From assembly GCA_965202985.1 (NCBI GenBank), contig CBDBCF010000002.1, forward strand, positions 876,286-940,285: a stretch of 64,000 nt of DNA, in the 5' to 3' direction. The notes under the pieces are model-generated. The model did not search any database, was not told where the DNA came from, and worked only from the letters and a program-made list of their open reading frames with translations. This stretch comes from Longimicrobiales bacterium (GTDB lineage Bacteria > Gemmatimonadota > Gemmatimonadetes > Longimicrobiales > Gaopeijiaceae). Position numbers and translations under genes: made by a program. Shown piece after piece: positions 29,522 to 38,890 of the stretch. The stretch's first letter is position 1. Each line of letters starts with the position of its first letter.

Positions 29522-30118
29522 GTGCAGCACCTGCGGCGTTTGTCCAGTATGAATCAAGAATGGAGAGCCGAATGGACGCGCCGGACGCGCTTGGTCTTGG
29601 GCGGACTGTTGCTCGGCATCGTCGGGCAAGCAGCCGTCACGGCCGTGGGAGCACTGGTCGTCGCCAGCCCAGCCGCCGAGGCACCCGACCTGCTCCTGGG
29701 GGACTCTTGGTCGGCACTTCGGGGAACCACGCTGGACGGCTCATCCTCGTCACTGGTTCTTCCGGGCGACCGGCCGACGATCGTGTACGCCTTTAACTCC
29801 ACTTGCGAGCCCAGCAACGCGGTGGGCACCCTATGGTCCCGTCACTTCGCGAAGCCACTCCCTGTTCGACGAATTGCTGTCTCTCTGGACCACCCCGCGG
29901 ATGCAGCGACGTACGCTCGGCGGTTCGGCTGGAAGATAGACCTGCTGAGCGCTTTTCGTCTAGCCCCGACCGCGCCCGAACGAGTTCTGGCGTCCAGAAC
30001 ACCGTGGGTCTTCGTATTCGACGCCGACGGCGTACTCGCGCACGCCGGACACGGAAGTAGTGTGCCAGAGCTCGAGCGAGTCGTTCGGGAACTGACGAAA
30101 GGCATCGGGACACAATGA
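29522..30118 (+). CDS. Membrane-anchored thioredoxin-fold (TlpA/redoxin-like) protein with CxxS motif
   Basis: N-terminal TM, YAFNSTCEPS, IAVSLD and TPWVFVFDADG (cis-Pro loop pattern). Confidence 0.7.
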   Translation: MQHLRRLSSMNQEWRAEWTRRTRLVLGGLLLGIVGQAAVTAVGALVVASPAAEAPDLLLGDSWSALRGTTLDGSSSSLVLPGDRPTIVYAFNSTCEPSNAVGTLWSRHFAKPLPVRRIAVSLDHPADAATYARRFGWKIDLLSAFRLAPTAPERVLASRTPWVFVFDADGVLAHAGHGSSVPELERVVRELTKGIGTQ

Positions 30119-30648
30119 AATCCACTACGAAATGGATCGTCGCTGCGGCCGCCATCAACGCAGTCTTCTTGCCATTCACCGTCAAGTCCACCGTAAGGAT
30201 CGCGGGACCCTCGGAGGCTTCGCGGCAACGGCTCATGAACTGTTGCGAGGAATCTGCGCCGGGCGAATCGTACTGCTGCATCCGATGCTGTTGGATCAGT
30301 CTTGGCTGCTGGGGAAGTTGTCAGGCTACCAGAGCTAGCAGGGCAAGTGACGATCTGGTTGACGCCGGATATCTCTTTGTGCCATCCGAGAACGACCGTT
30401 GGCTGTCCACCCACACCGACGCGACCCGGCTGGTTTTGCGATGGGCAGGTAGCCCAGGTCATCAGGCCGATCAGGTGTCCCTGTTCCCCGACGATCACAA
30501 CTGCCGCGCCGACCATCGACATCGCTGTCAGAAAACGATCCACCATGCTCCGACACTCACAGCGTTGGTTCACTACAGGCACGAGTACTCGGCTCACAAG
30601 GATGCCGAATCGAGCCATCCACCCCCCGACAAGGGAGAAGTATCATGA
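30115..30648 (+). CDS. Secreted Cys-rich peptide (CC-x9-CC-x2-CC-x5-C-x3-C) with a possibly spurious C-terminal extension
   Basis: ATGA overlap with the upstream gene, signal-like MKSTTKWIVAAAAINAVFLPF, and 8 clustered Cys. Confidence 0.65.
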   Translation: MKSTTKWIVAAAAINAVFLPFTVKSTVRIAGPSEASRQRLMNCCEESAPGESYCCIRCCWISLGCWGSCQATRASRASDDLVDAGYLFVPSENDRWLSTHTDATRLVLRWAGSPGHQADQVSLFPDDHNCRADHRHRCQKTIHHAPTLTALVHYRHEYSAHKDAESSHPPPDKGEVS

Positions 30649-31046
30649 CCATCCGCAAACTGTTCCTGTTCCTCCTGCGTCACGTCGGCGCGACGGTAGC
30701 GTCGCTGGGCCGTGTCGTCCCGGCTCAGCTCAACAGCCGGAAGATCACGAGGGCGTTTGTGGCGGCCCTCGTCGTCGGCACCGTCCTCACGACCCTGGTC
30801 GCTGAAGCGGCAGCAGCGAGGGGTGGCGCGCCGCTAGCGTGCGATGCCGCCACCGTCGCCGATTGCTCCGCCGAGAATGGCGAATCGATCGGCGGCGTTC
30901 TCTCGCCCAAGGAGGCTGATGCTTCTTGTTCTTCGTTGCAGAATTCTGGATTCTGCGACGAAATGGATGACGGCTACGCCATCTGTTGCTCGACCAACGA
31001 CGAGGGGGTTATCCTGGATTGCAAGAAAGTCCTCATCCCCGCATAG
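30645..31046 (+). CDS. Secreted Cys-rich small protein (7 Cys)
   Basis: AAGGGAGA SD, hydrophobic segment ending AEAAAA, acidic Cys-rich mature region. Confidence 0.7.
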   Translation: MTIRKLFLFLLRHVGATVASLGRVVPAQLNSRKITRAFVAALVVGTVLTTLVAEAAAARGGAPLACDAATVADCSAENGESIGGVLSPKEADASCSSLQNSGFCDEMDDGYAICCSTNDEGVILDCKKVLIPA

Positions 31047-31056
31047 CGACAGCCTG

Positions 31057-31103
31057 CCCATAAGGCTGGGGGTGGGGCTACAGCCCTGCCCTGCCCTTAT
31101 GGG
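31057..31103 (+). promoter_or_regulatory. Intergenic stem-loop between peptide and beta-propeller genes
   Basis: CCCATAAGG (31057-31065) pairs with CCTTATGGG (31095-31103), with an inner GC-rich stem and no U tract. Confidence 0.55.
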
Positions 31104-31161
31104 GCTACCACGATCATGACAACACCCAAAAAACCACAATCACAAGTCAGGCAGACCACAG

Positions 31162-32262
31162 ATGTCCAAGACTCTTTATCTGTTGCTAGTGATCGCAATA
31201 GTCGTGGCAGGAACCAGCTCAACACCGTCGGGCGCAGCACAGGAGAAACAAGATACGGTTCTATCTCGAGTCGTCCCGGAGCTGTTGCGTGTTCACGGGC
31301 CCGATCCCGATCTTGTAGGTATTCGCGACGCGGCGTTCAGTGGACAGGTTCTGGCCGTCCTTGCGAGACCCTCCCCAGCAGTGTTCGTGTTTGAGCCGGA
31401 GGGCAACACGAGAAAGTGGGGCAACCTAGGGGAGGGACCCGCCGAACTTGCCGATCCACAGAGTATTGTGTGGGTGCACGGTGATCTACTGATTTTCGAT
31501 TTTGACTTGGGCAAGATCGCTTCATTCGACGTTGAGGGCCTGCTGCGTTCCACAAGGCCCATTAGCGGACTAGTCGGAGGCTTGGCGTACAGCGCGGGAG
31601 ACACCCTGATCACTCGGTTTACCTTTGCCGGAGCTAGATCGGCTGTCCGGTTGAGGTCGTCGGAGGAGGTCAAGCTTCTGACGATGCCGCCTCCTCCTAC
31701 AGTTGTTCTATCCGCTGTGGGGAGCCCGCCCCTGCGGATGCCGCCACCGTACACGGGCGTTGGAACGTGGGCGAGCCTTCCGTGCGGAGGGATTGTCCAT
31801 TGGGATGGTGCATCGGATCATCTTGCAACGTTCGACCTCTTGGGAAGAGCTGGTGAGACCCTCCCCCTTCCAGAGGATCAGTATCCGGTTTCTGCCGAGG
31901 ATCGACGCGCTTGGATGGCCAGTGCGGTTCCATCCGGAGATCTTGCGGGCCGAGGCGACGTGTTTGCCGCGCTGAGGGGGAAAGTGGAGGGACAGGTTGA
32001 GTTTCCGTCGCACTTTCCGGTCGTCCTTGGTCTTATGGGCGACCCCCATGGGGGCGCTTGGGTAAAACGGACGCCGGATCCCTCGATATGGACCTACGTG
32101 GATGGCGAAGGCCCGCAGTTGACGATTCGTCTGCCGGCCGACCGGAAGCTGATGGCAGTCAGCGCGTCCGAACTGGCCGCTAGAAGTCGGGACTCCATGG
32201 GTGTCGAGTCTATCGAGGTCTACCGCAATCCAATGGAGTCGGCCGCCCCGTGCCTGCCCTGA
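31162..32262 (+). CDS. Secreted NHL-like 6-bladed beta-propeller protein
   Basis: Signal peptide and WGNLGEGPAEL motif. Confidence 0.8.
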   Translation: MSKTLYLLLVIAIVVAGTSSTPSGAAQEKQDTVLSRVVPELLRVHGPDPDLVGIRDAAFSGQVLAVLARPSPAVFVFEPEGNTRKWGNLGEGPAELADPQSIVWVHGDLLIFDFDLGKIASFDVEGLLRSTRPISGLVGGLAYSAGDTLITRFTFAGARSAVRLRSSEEVKLLTMPPPPTVVLSAVGSPPLRMPPPYTGVGTWASLPCGGIVHWDGASDHLATFDLLGRAGETLPLPEDQYPVSAEDRRAWMASAVPSGDLAGRGDVFAALRGKVEGQVEFPSHFPVVLGLMGDPHGGAWVKRTPDPSIWTYVDGEGPQLTIRLPADRKLMAVSASELAARSRDSMGVESIEVYRNPMESAAPCLP

Positions 32263-32381
32263 GCGGGACGGGACGCTTTGGCGCGAGCGAGCCAGGCGGT
32301 TACGTTCGTTTGGAGGTTCGTCCCCAGCGGCCATCGTCGAGTTCCTGACCAGCAGTTCGGAGGCGGGACGTGTCAGTCCAG

Positions 32382-33548
32382 ATGAACGCAGACGCTTTTC
32401 TGCGCCGAACGGCGTCGATATTCCTAATGCTCGTCGGTCTCGTGTTGGCCTACGGGCTGTACGCGATTGCGACGGCGTACCCCGAGGGAACCCCATGGCT
32501 CGGGAGACTCGTGGCCCTGGCGAGAGCGCTCGGCGTCGTCTTCGCCCTTCTGGCGCCTCTGGCCGTGTTCGGAGGAGCACTGGACCGTTTCGACGCATTT
32601 GGCGAGTCGGCACCCGGTGTGCGCCGACGCCAGTGGCTCTGGTTGATTTGCGTCGCCGTCGCTACCGGGCTGGTCGCTGGGTTCGCTCCAGTTCTCGGAG
32701 ACCGCGTTCTGGCAACGATTGCCGACGACCCGACCGCGGTGCCTCTCGCTGCGCCGACCCCGGCAAGCGCCTATGTCCGTCTGCTGGCACCGTTCGCCTT
32801 GGCGATCTTTGTTGCCCTGTCGGCGCTGGCGGGCGCCGTCGTCGGTCGCCAGACCGAGCGGATGTCTCCGGCGGCCGGTCGCTCCTGGCGATGGCTCGCT
32901 TGCGTGGTCCTGTTCGCGTTGTTCTGCATTCCTGTCGTGGCGTTGGCGGAGCTGGTCGTCGTTCATGGCTTCCCCGCAGTCCTGATTGCGGTCGTTCCAC
33001 CCGCCGTCCCGTTCACGGCCACCTACGTCATGCTGCGCATCCAGCACTACGACCTGCGGGACGTGCTGGGCTTGCCGATACCCGGTCAGCTGGATTCGGA
33101 AGCGATTGAGCGGCTTGCGGCGGCGGTCGTGGCGGCGGACGAGGAGGGGCACGACGGCCGCATAGTGGCGACTGCCAGGAACGAGGAAGAACTGAGAACG
33201 GCCCGGTTCATGTTGCGGCTCCAGCGTGCCGCCGCCCCGACCCTCACGGTCAGTCCGGCGTCGGCGCGCCGGATCGTGAATTCGGCGCTGGCGGCTGCGC
33301 CCGCCCCGCAGGAGGCGGAGCCGCCATGGTTGCGTCCGCACTTCGAGCGAGCGATGCCACTGGCCATCTCGTGGGCGGCTCTGACGCTCTGCTTGCTGTT
33401 CTCCGGCGGGATGATCGGCGGGGCGGTTGGCCGAGACAGCCTAATAGTAGCCGCCGCGGTCGGACTGCTCGGCGCCGTGGTCAGCGGGCACTTGCCGTCC
33501 GCCCATCCAGGCCGGGGCTCCACGGGGGCAGCGCCGGCCCGAGCCTAA
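32382..33548 (+). CDS. Multi-pass membrane protein of unknown function
   Basis: Many hydrophobic segments with one soluble loop near the C-terminus; start uncertain (32370 or 32382). Confidence 0.65.
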   Translation: MNADAFLRRTASIFLMLVGLVLAYGLYAIATAYPEGTPWLGRLVALARALGVVFALLAPLAVFGGALDRFDAFGESAPGVRRRQWLWLICVAVATGLVAGFAPVLGDRVLATIADDPTAVPLAAPTPASAYVRLLAPFALAIFVALSALAGAVVGRQTERMSPAAGRSWRWLACVVLFALFCIPVVALAELVVVHGFPAVLIAVVPPAVPFTATYVMLRIQHYDLRDVLGLPIPGQLDSEAIERLAAAVVAADEEGHDGRIVATARNEEELRTARFMLRLQRAAAPTLTVSPASARRIVNSALAAAPAPQEAEPPWLRPHFERAMPLAISWAALTLCLLFSGGMIGGAVGRDSLIVAAAVGLLGAVVSGHLPSAHPGRGSTGAAPARA

Positions 33549-33561
33549 CGGAAAGACGCAC

Positions 33562-34437
33562 TTGGCCGCCCCCCGGTCCCGGACTCCGCCGCTGCTTGCC
33601 CTCCACGGAAGCAAGGCCCTGCAGTGGGCGCTTCGGGCCGTGTTCTCGAGGGGCACGGCCTCCCGAGTCATCGGACCTGCCCTCTTTGCACGGTCCTGGG
33701 GCGAACTGGAGCGGCTCTGCCGAAGCAATCCAGGGTCACCGGCAATCTTCGATCCCTGCTACCGAGACCTTCCGAGCGACCCGCCCCCCGCAAGTCCCCC
33801 CGGCCTGCTCATCACTCCGTCGGCGTCGAACCCGCTGATATGCTCCCCGCGGGCCGGACATCCGCGTCCCGCTTGGCTGGGAACCGTCGAAGGCAACTTC
33901 ACAAGCGCACTGCCGGACAAGGCGGAAGAGGACTTCGACGTGCTTGCTTCCACGGTCCTGAGAGCGATAGAGCCGGATCGGCCTCGCCGTCTGATCGACC
34001 ACATCGAAGCGCGTGCCGACCCGCTGGCGTGTCGGATCGTACGTCAGGCCCTCGACCGGTCCTGGACTGCGTGCACGGTGACGGAGCTTGCGGCGAGCGT
34101 GGGTCTGCCCTACTGGACCCTGGTTCGCCGGTGCAATGCCCTTCGCCTCCCGAACCCGAAGCATCTAGTGTCGTTGGCGCGCGCATACACGGTCGAGCGA
34201 TTGGCGGAGTGGAGCGAACGGCCTTCCGGGGCCGTAGCCGTCGCCCTGCACTTCTCCAGTGGGCCCGCCTACCGAAGAATGGTACGCGGCACCATGGGTT
34301 TTCCTCCCACGGTGGTCCGGGAGATGGGTGGAGCAGACTTCGTCGGCAGGACCATTGTGGCAGCTGTGCTCGGAAGCCATGTCCGTTCGTCCCGCGCTGG
34401 CTGGGAGCCCCTCGACCCCGTAGATTGGGGGCCATGA
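33562..34437 (+). CDS. AraC-like HTH transcriptional regulator
   Basis: TVTELAASVGLPYWTLVRRC...VAVALHFSSGPAYRRMVRGTMGFPP double-HTH pattern. Confidence 0.65.
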   Translation: MAAPRSRTPPLLALHGSKALQWALRAVFSRGTASRVIGPALFARSWGELERLCRSNPGSPAIFDPCYRDLPSDPPPASPPGLLITPSASNPLICSPRAGHPRPAWLGTVEGNFTSALPDKAEEDFDVLASTVLRAIEPDRPRRLIDHIEARADPLACRIVRQALDRSWTACTVTELAASVGLPYWTLVRRCNALRLPNPKHLVSLARAYTVERLAEWSERPSGAVAVALHFSSGPAYRRMVRGTMGFPPTVVREMGGADFVGRTIVAAVLGSHVRSSRAGWEPLDPVDWGP

Positions 34438-34487
34438 CGATTCCCTTGCCTAGCCTCGGCCGCCGCGCGGGAGCGCCGGCGTAGGTC

Positions 34488-34874
34488 ATGGAACTCGGCG
34501 CTTTCTCGGTCAGCCTCGCCGTCAAGGACTTGGCGGCGTCTCGGGCGTTCTACGAGAAGCTCGGATTCAAGCAGACCGGAGGCGACGACCGCAAGTACGT
34601 CATGATGGTCAACGGGACCGCCGTGATCGGGCTTTTCGAAGGCCTCTTCGAGGGCAACATCCTGACCTTCAACCCGGGAATGGGACAGGACATGTCCACC
34701 TTGGAGGACTTCACCGACGTTCGAGAGATCCGCGACTCCCTTGTGGAGGCCGGGATCGAGATGACCACCGACGCGGACCCCGACGGAACCGGACCCGCCC
34801 ACGTGGCCTTCAAGGACCCGGACGGAAACGCGGTCCTGATCGACCAGTTCTTCCCCCGGCCCGACCGGCGCTAG
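34488..34874 (+). CDS. VOC/glyoxalase family protein
   Basis: SLAVKDLAASRAFYEKLGF and DPDGNAVLIDQ. Confidence 0.92.
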   Translation: MELGAFSVSLAVKDLAASRAFYEKLGFKQTGGDDRKYVMMVNGTAVIGLFEGLFEGNILTFNPGMGQDMSTLEDFTDVREIRDSLVEAGIEMTTDADPDGTGPAHVAFKDPDGNAVLIDQFFPRPDRR

Positions 34875-34885
34875 GAGCATTTCAA

Positions 34886-36136
34886 GTGCTGGACAGACTG
34901 ACCGTCCGAAGCTTCAAGTCGCTCGCCGACGTCGCGGTCGACCTCCCTCGCTTTGCTGTCCTCTTCGGCCCCAACGCCACAGGCAAGAGCAACCTGCTGG
35001 ACGCCGTTCAAGCCCTTTCTTGGATCGCGTGGTCACCCACGCTGTCCGATGCATTGCGAGGGCCGTTTCCAGTTCGGGGTCGTTCCGTGGAGGCGTTTTC
35101 CTTCGGGAAGGGAGGACTTCCTGCGCTGCTGCGCCAGCCTTCGGCCCACTTCTCCCTGGAGGCCGACATCAGCACCAAGGAAGCGCGTTACCGATACCGC
35201 ATTCGGCCGTCCATGAACTTCCGGTCGGGCGAGCTCGGCGTTTCCGACGAGTACCTGGCACGCCTCCGGTCGACGGGTTCGGTCGTGGGCACGCCCGCGA
35301 TCGAGGCTGCCGACAACGCTATCCACGTTCGACGGAAGGGAAGCTCCAGTCGTGGACGTCCTCGGAAGGAACGACTTGGCCTCAACCACTCCGTCCTCTC
35401 CGACCGCAGCCTCAGCGGCAACGGGTACTCCTGGCTCGATCACGTCCGAGACGAGTTCGCCAGCTGGCGTACGCATCACTTCGAACCCCGTCTTGTCATG
35501 AGGCAGGACGAGTCGCCCATGGACGTGACGGAGATCGGCATACACGGCCACACCTTGGCTGCATTCCTCTACAAGCTCAAGGCAACACAACCGGAGTCGT
35601 TCAGGGCGATTGTCCGCGTTATGCGAACAATCGTGCCCGGCGTGGAGAATCTCGACGTCGCCTTGGACGAGCGTCGGGGAATTCTGGACCTGCAGATACG
35701 GCAGGACGGCACGAACTATTCGTCACGGGTTCTGTCGGAGGGAACGCTGCGGCTCCTTGCCATGTGCGCAATCGCCGTCAATCCGTGGGCAGGGTCCCTG
35801 GTCGCGCTGGAAGAACCCGAGAACGGCGTCCATCCGAGACGGATCGAGTTCATTGCCCGCCTCTTGGTGTCCCTGTCGGAGCGCGAAGGGCGACAGGTGA
35901 TCGTCACTACCCACTCGCCCCTCTTTGTCGACGCTGTCTTGAAGATGCGCAACGAGGCCGAAGTCGAAGGCGTCGGGCTGTTCAACGTCCGGTTGTCCGA
36001 GGGCGGAACGTTGATCGAGCCGTTCGACGCAAGCGGTCCGCTTCTCCAGGACGAGGAGATCGTCAGGGCGCTGGAGTCGCCCGCCGAGGACGCGATCTTT
36101 CAGAACTTGGTTCTTCGCGGCCTCGTGGACGAGTGA
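34886..36136 (+). CDS. AAA_21-type ABC-family ATPase
   Basis: SFKSL, Walker A GPNATGKSN, LSEGT signature, Walker B LEEPENGVHP and TTHSP. Confidence 0.9.
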   Translation: MLDRLTVRSFKSLADVAVDLPRFAVLFGPNATGKSNLLDAVQALSWIAWSPTLSDALRGPFPVRGRSVEAFSFGKGGLPALLRQPSAHFSLEADISTKEARYRYRIRPSMNFRSGELGVSDEYLARLRSTGSVVGTPAIEAADNAIHVRRKGSSSRGRPRKERLGLNHSVLSDRSLSGNGYSWLDHVRDEFASWRTHHFEPRLVMRQDESPMDVTEIGIHGHTLAAFLYKLKATQPESFRAIVRVMRTIVPGVENLDVALDERRGILDLQIRQDGTNYSSRVLSEGTLRLLAMCAIAVNPWAGSLVALEEPENGVHPRRIEFIARLLVSLSEREGRQVIVTTHSPLFVDAVLKMRNEAEVEGVGLFNVRLSEGGTLIEPFDASGPLLQDEEIVRALESPAEDAIFQNLVLRGLVDE

Positions 36137-36137
36137 C

Positions 36138-36740
36138 GTGGGCAAGAAGGTCGTTGCCGACCTCTTCTGTGAAGACAGTGCGCACGAAGCACTTTTGAAG
36201 CCGTTGGTCCTGCGCGTCGGCCGAGAGGAAAACGCCGATACGCTAGTGCGCGTTCGGGCGGCCAGGGGCGGTCATCCGCGGGCCCTGAAAGAATTTCATC
36301 TCTACCAGCGTACCGCTCTTCGCATGGAGGGTCCGGTTGCGGACGTCCTGATCGTCGCAATCGACGGCAACTGCTCGTCGTTCGGGACCGCACGAAAACG
36401 AGTTGTTGATGCAACCCGCATGGCGAATCGGGACCGATTGGTCGTGGCGTCCCCAGACCCCCACATCGAACGCTGGTATCTGTCGGACCCGAAGGCGGTT
36501 GTCGCGGTGACGGGGCATGATCCCGGAAGCCTGCGTGGAAAGTGCGAACGGCACTACTACAAGAACAAGCTTCGAGAGACTATTCGTGCCGGCGGCAATC
36601 CACCCACGCTCGGGGGTCTGGAGATCGCCGAAGACCTGGTCAGTGAGATGGACCTGTACAGGGCCGGGAAGAACGACTCGTCGCTCGGGGCCTTTGTCGA
36701 CGACCTGAGGACAAAGTATCGTCAGGTGCCGTATGGTTGA
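36138..36740 (+). CDS. DUF4276/RloB-like TOPRIM-fold protein
   Basis: LFCED, VAIDGN and PHIERWYLSD; lies 1 bp after the ATPase. Confidence 0.65.
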   Translation: MGKKVVADLFCEDSAHEALLKPLVLRVGREENADTLVRVRAARGGHPRALKEFHLYQRTALRMEGPVADVLIVAIDGNCSSFGTARKRVVDATRMANRDRLVVASPDPHIERWYLSDPKAVVAVTGHDPGSLRGKCERHYYKNKLRETIRAGGNPPTLGGLEIAEDLVSEMDLYRAGKNDSSLGAFVDDLRTKYRQVPYG

Positions 36741-36804
36741 TGCGGATACGTGCAGCCTTCCCGGACAAGGAGGAGTCCGTGGTTGCCGCGTCGGGTCTGC
36801 CAAC

Positions 36805-37886
36805 ATGATCCGACTGTTCGCGCTATTGTTGGCACTCGTTCCCGGGCGCGCCGTGGCGTTCCAGGCCGCCGGTCACGAGGGCGAAACGGACGCGGACACG
36901 ACGTTCTTGGAGATCGGAGTTCTGGACGGCGATCGCGCCCGCACCTTCAGGCTGATCGAAGACGTCGATGTCGATTCCGACGGCAACATCGTAGTGCTCG
37001 ACCGCCGGAGTTACACCGTTTCGTGGTTCTCCCCGGATGGACGTTTTCTCGGGGTTGTCGGCCGCGAGGGCGGCGGCCCGGAGGAATTCCGAGAACCGGA
37101 AGGCATGGCCATCGGACCGAACGACCATGTCTATGTGCTGGACGCGCCCGAGCGTCGTGTCCTTGTCTTCGCTTTGTCCGACGATAGACCCGGCGCCGTC
37201 CGCACTCTTTCCGTCGTTCCCGTCTTCGCTGCCGACATCTGCATTCGCGGTCGTGGTTCCGATGCCCAAGTCGTGCTGCTGGGTCAAGTGCCGCCCGTGA
37301 CTCGAGCCTCCCCCCTGGTCCACGTGTTCTCTCTCGACGGCGACAGAGTCTCCTCGTTTGGGCCGCCCGCGCAAGAACCACTCGACCCGACCTTGCCTGT
37401 CGCGATGCGGAGCACCCTGGAACACATCAACAACCGCGGACACTTGTCGTGTGCATCGACGCGCGTAGCGATCACGAGCGAACGATTGGGCGTCGTGCGA
37501 GCGTATTCTGCTCTGGGCGACCTCGAACGGCAGATTCGAGTTGACGATTTCGTGCCGGTCAAATGGACGATCGAAGGTCGCAGAGTGCGTATGGGAATGG
37601 ACCCGAGATGGATCGCGCCAACACGATCCGCGCCGTCGCCGCTCTTTCGGACGAGGCCGTCCTTCTGACGCTTCACGAGGCGTCTTCGACGGATTGGAGC
37701 GGCCGCCATTCGTTGATTGTCGCCAACTTGGAGAACGGCGAGCACTCGGCGTCGCATCCGGCGGGATTGATTGCGACCAAGATCGCGGGTGGTCGGTTGT
37801 ACGGCTACGTCAACGACCCGTTTCCGAGAGTGGTCGTTCGCAACGTCCCGGCCTGGCTGTCCGCTGCCGCATCCGAAGCACGGTGA
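36805..37886 (+). pseudogene. 6-bladed beta-propeller gene split by a frameshift near 37603
   Basis: Signal peptide and VGREGGGPEEF in the first frame; protein-like continuation (EMDRANTIRAV...DPFPRVVVR) in another frame. May be a sequencing error. Confidence 0.65.
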
Positions 37887-37974
37887 GGATCGCGGCCCGA
37901 CCCCGCGAGCCGGGGCGCCCGCCAACTCCATCCGGCAGACGCCCCGCCCGCGGTCTACGGCTGCTTGGCGCCGG

Positions 37975-38523
37975 CTACCCGAACCTGACCGCAGGTCTCT
38001 CGGGCGTCGAGGCCGCGACCTGCTTGGCTCCCGGATCGTCGTCGCGGTCGTCCTCGTCCTCCTCCACCTCCGGCGACGGCGGGCAGTAGGCGCGCCAGGC
38101 CGTTGCAACCGGAGTCGGCCCTTGGAGGACGAACGAGCCGCCGCTCCGGCAGACGTCCTCCTGCAGCGCCCTGGCCATGCACTGCCGGAAGGCGTCGAGT
38201 TCGCCCCGGTTGCTGGGGTTCCCTATGGCGCACACGGCCTGGGCGGATTCGGGTCCGTCCTCGGGAACCGCCGAGCCCGGGTCCAGCTTGCCGACCCGGA
38301 AGGACCGGTCGCTGGCGCCGGCGAAGGTGACCGTGACCGGGCTGCCCAGCGCTTCGGCGGCCGCGAAGATCGACGTCCACGGGTTGTCCGTGGCGGGCTC
38401 GGGAGTCTCGGGGGTCCGCTCCGCGAGCTGCGTGGGCGAGCGGTCGTCCCCGCAGGCGGCGACCAGGATGGTCAGCGCCAGCGCGGCGAAGGCCGCCCGT
38501 CCGATGGTGGTGATGCGTCTCAT
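37975..38523 (-). CDS. Lipoprotein of unknown function
   Basis: AGGAG SD, lipobox VAAC and four further Cys. Confidence 0.75.
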   Translation of the reverse strand: MRRITTIGRAAFAALALTILVAACGDDRSPTQLAERTPETPEPATDNPWTSIFAAAEALGSPVTVTFAGASDRSFRVGKLDPGSAVPEDGPESAQAVCAIGNPSNRGELDAFRQCMARALQEDVCRSGGSFVLQGPTPVATAWRAYCPPSPEVEEDEDDRDDDPGAKQVAASTPERPAVRFG

Positions 38524-38689
38524 GAGTTGCTCCTGGCGAAGTCCGGCCGCTTCGCCCGCCCTCCCTGGCGAGCCCGCGCTCCGGTGTGTGCCAGTGGATA
38601 CTCCAGAAATCGAGATTTGTTCCATTTGGCCCGAAGAGGGGTTCCGAGCGACTTGCCCGGAAACCGGCCCGTGCGCGTTCAGACCGTGG

Positions 38690-38890
38690 TCAGTCGTCTT
38701 CGCGACGGGGCCAGAAACGCAACACCAGCGCCGCCGCCAACGCGGTCATGCCCGCCCAGACCGGCCACGCCTGGTCCAGCGCCATGCCGGCGAACGCCAA
38801 GCCGGCGCCGACCACGAACAAGCGGATCTTCCACATGAGGAAGCGGTCGTTCTTGCCGGTGTTCTTGCGGGAGGGCCGAAACACGGTCAA
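38690..38890 (-). CDS. Small two-TM membrane protein
   Basis: TTGA overlap with the upstream gene and two hydrophobic helices. Confidence 0.55.
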   Translation of the reverse strand: MTVFRPSRKNTGKNDRFLMWKIRLFVVGAGLAFAGMALDQAWPVWAGMTALAAALVLRFWPRREDD

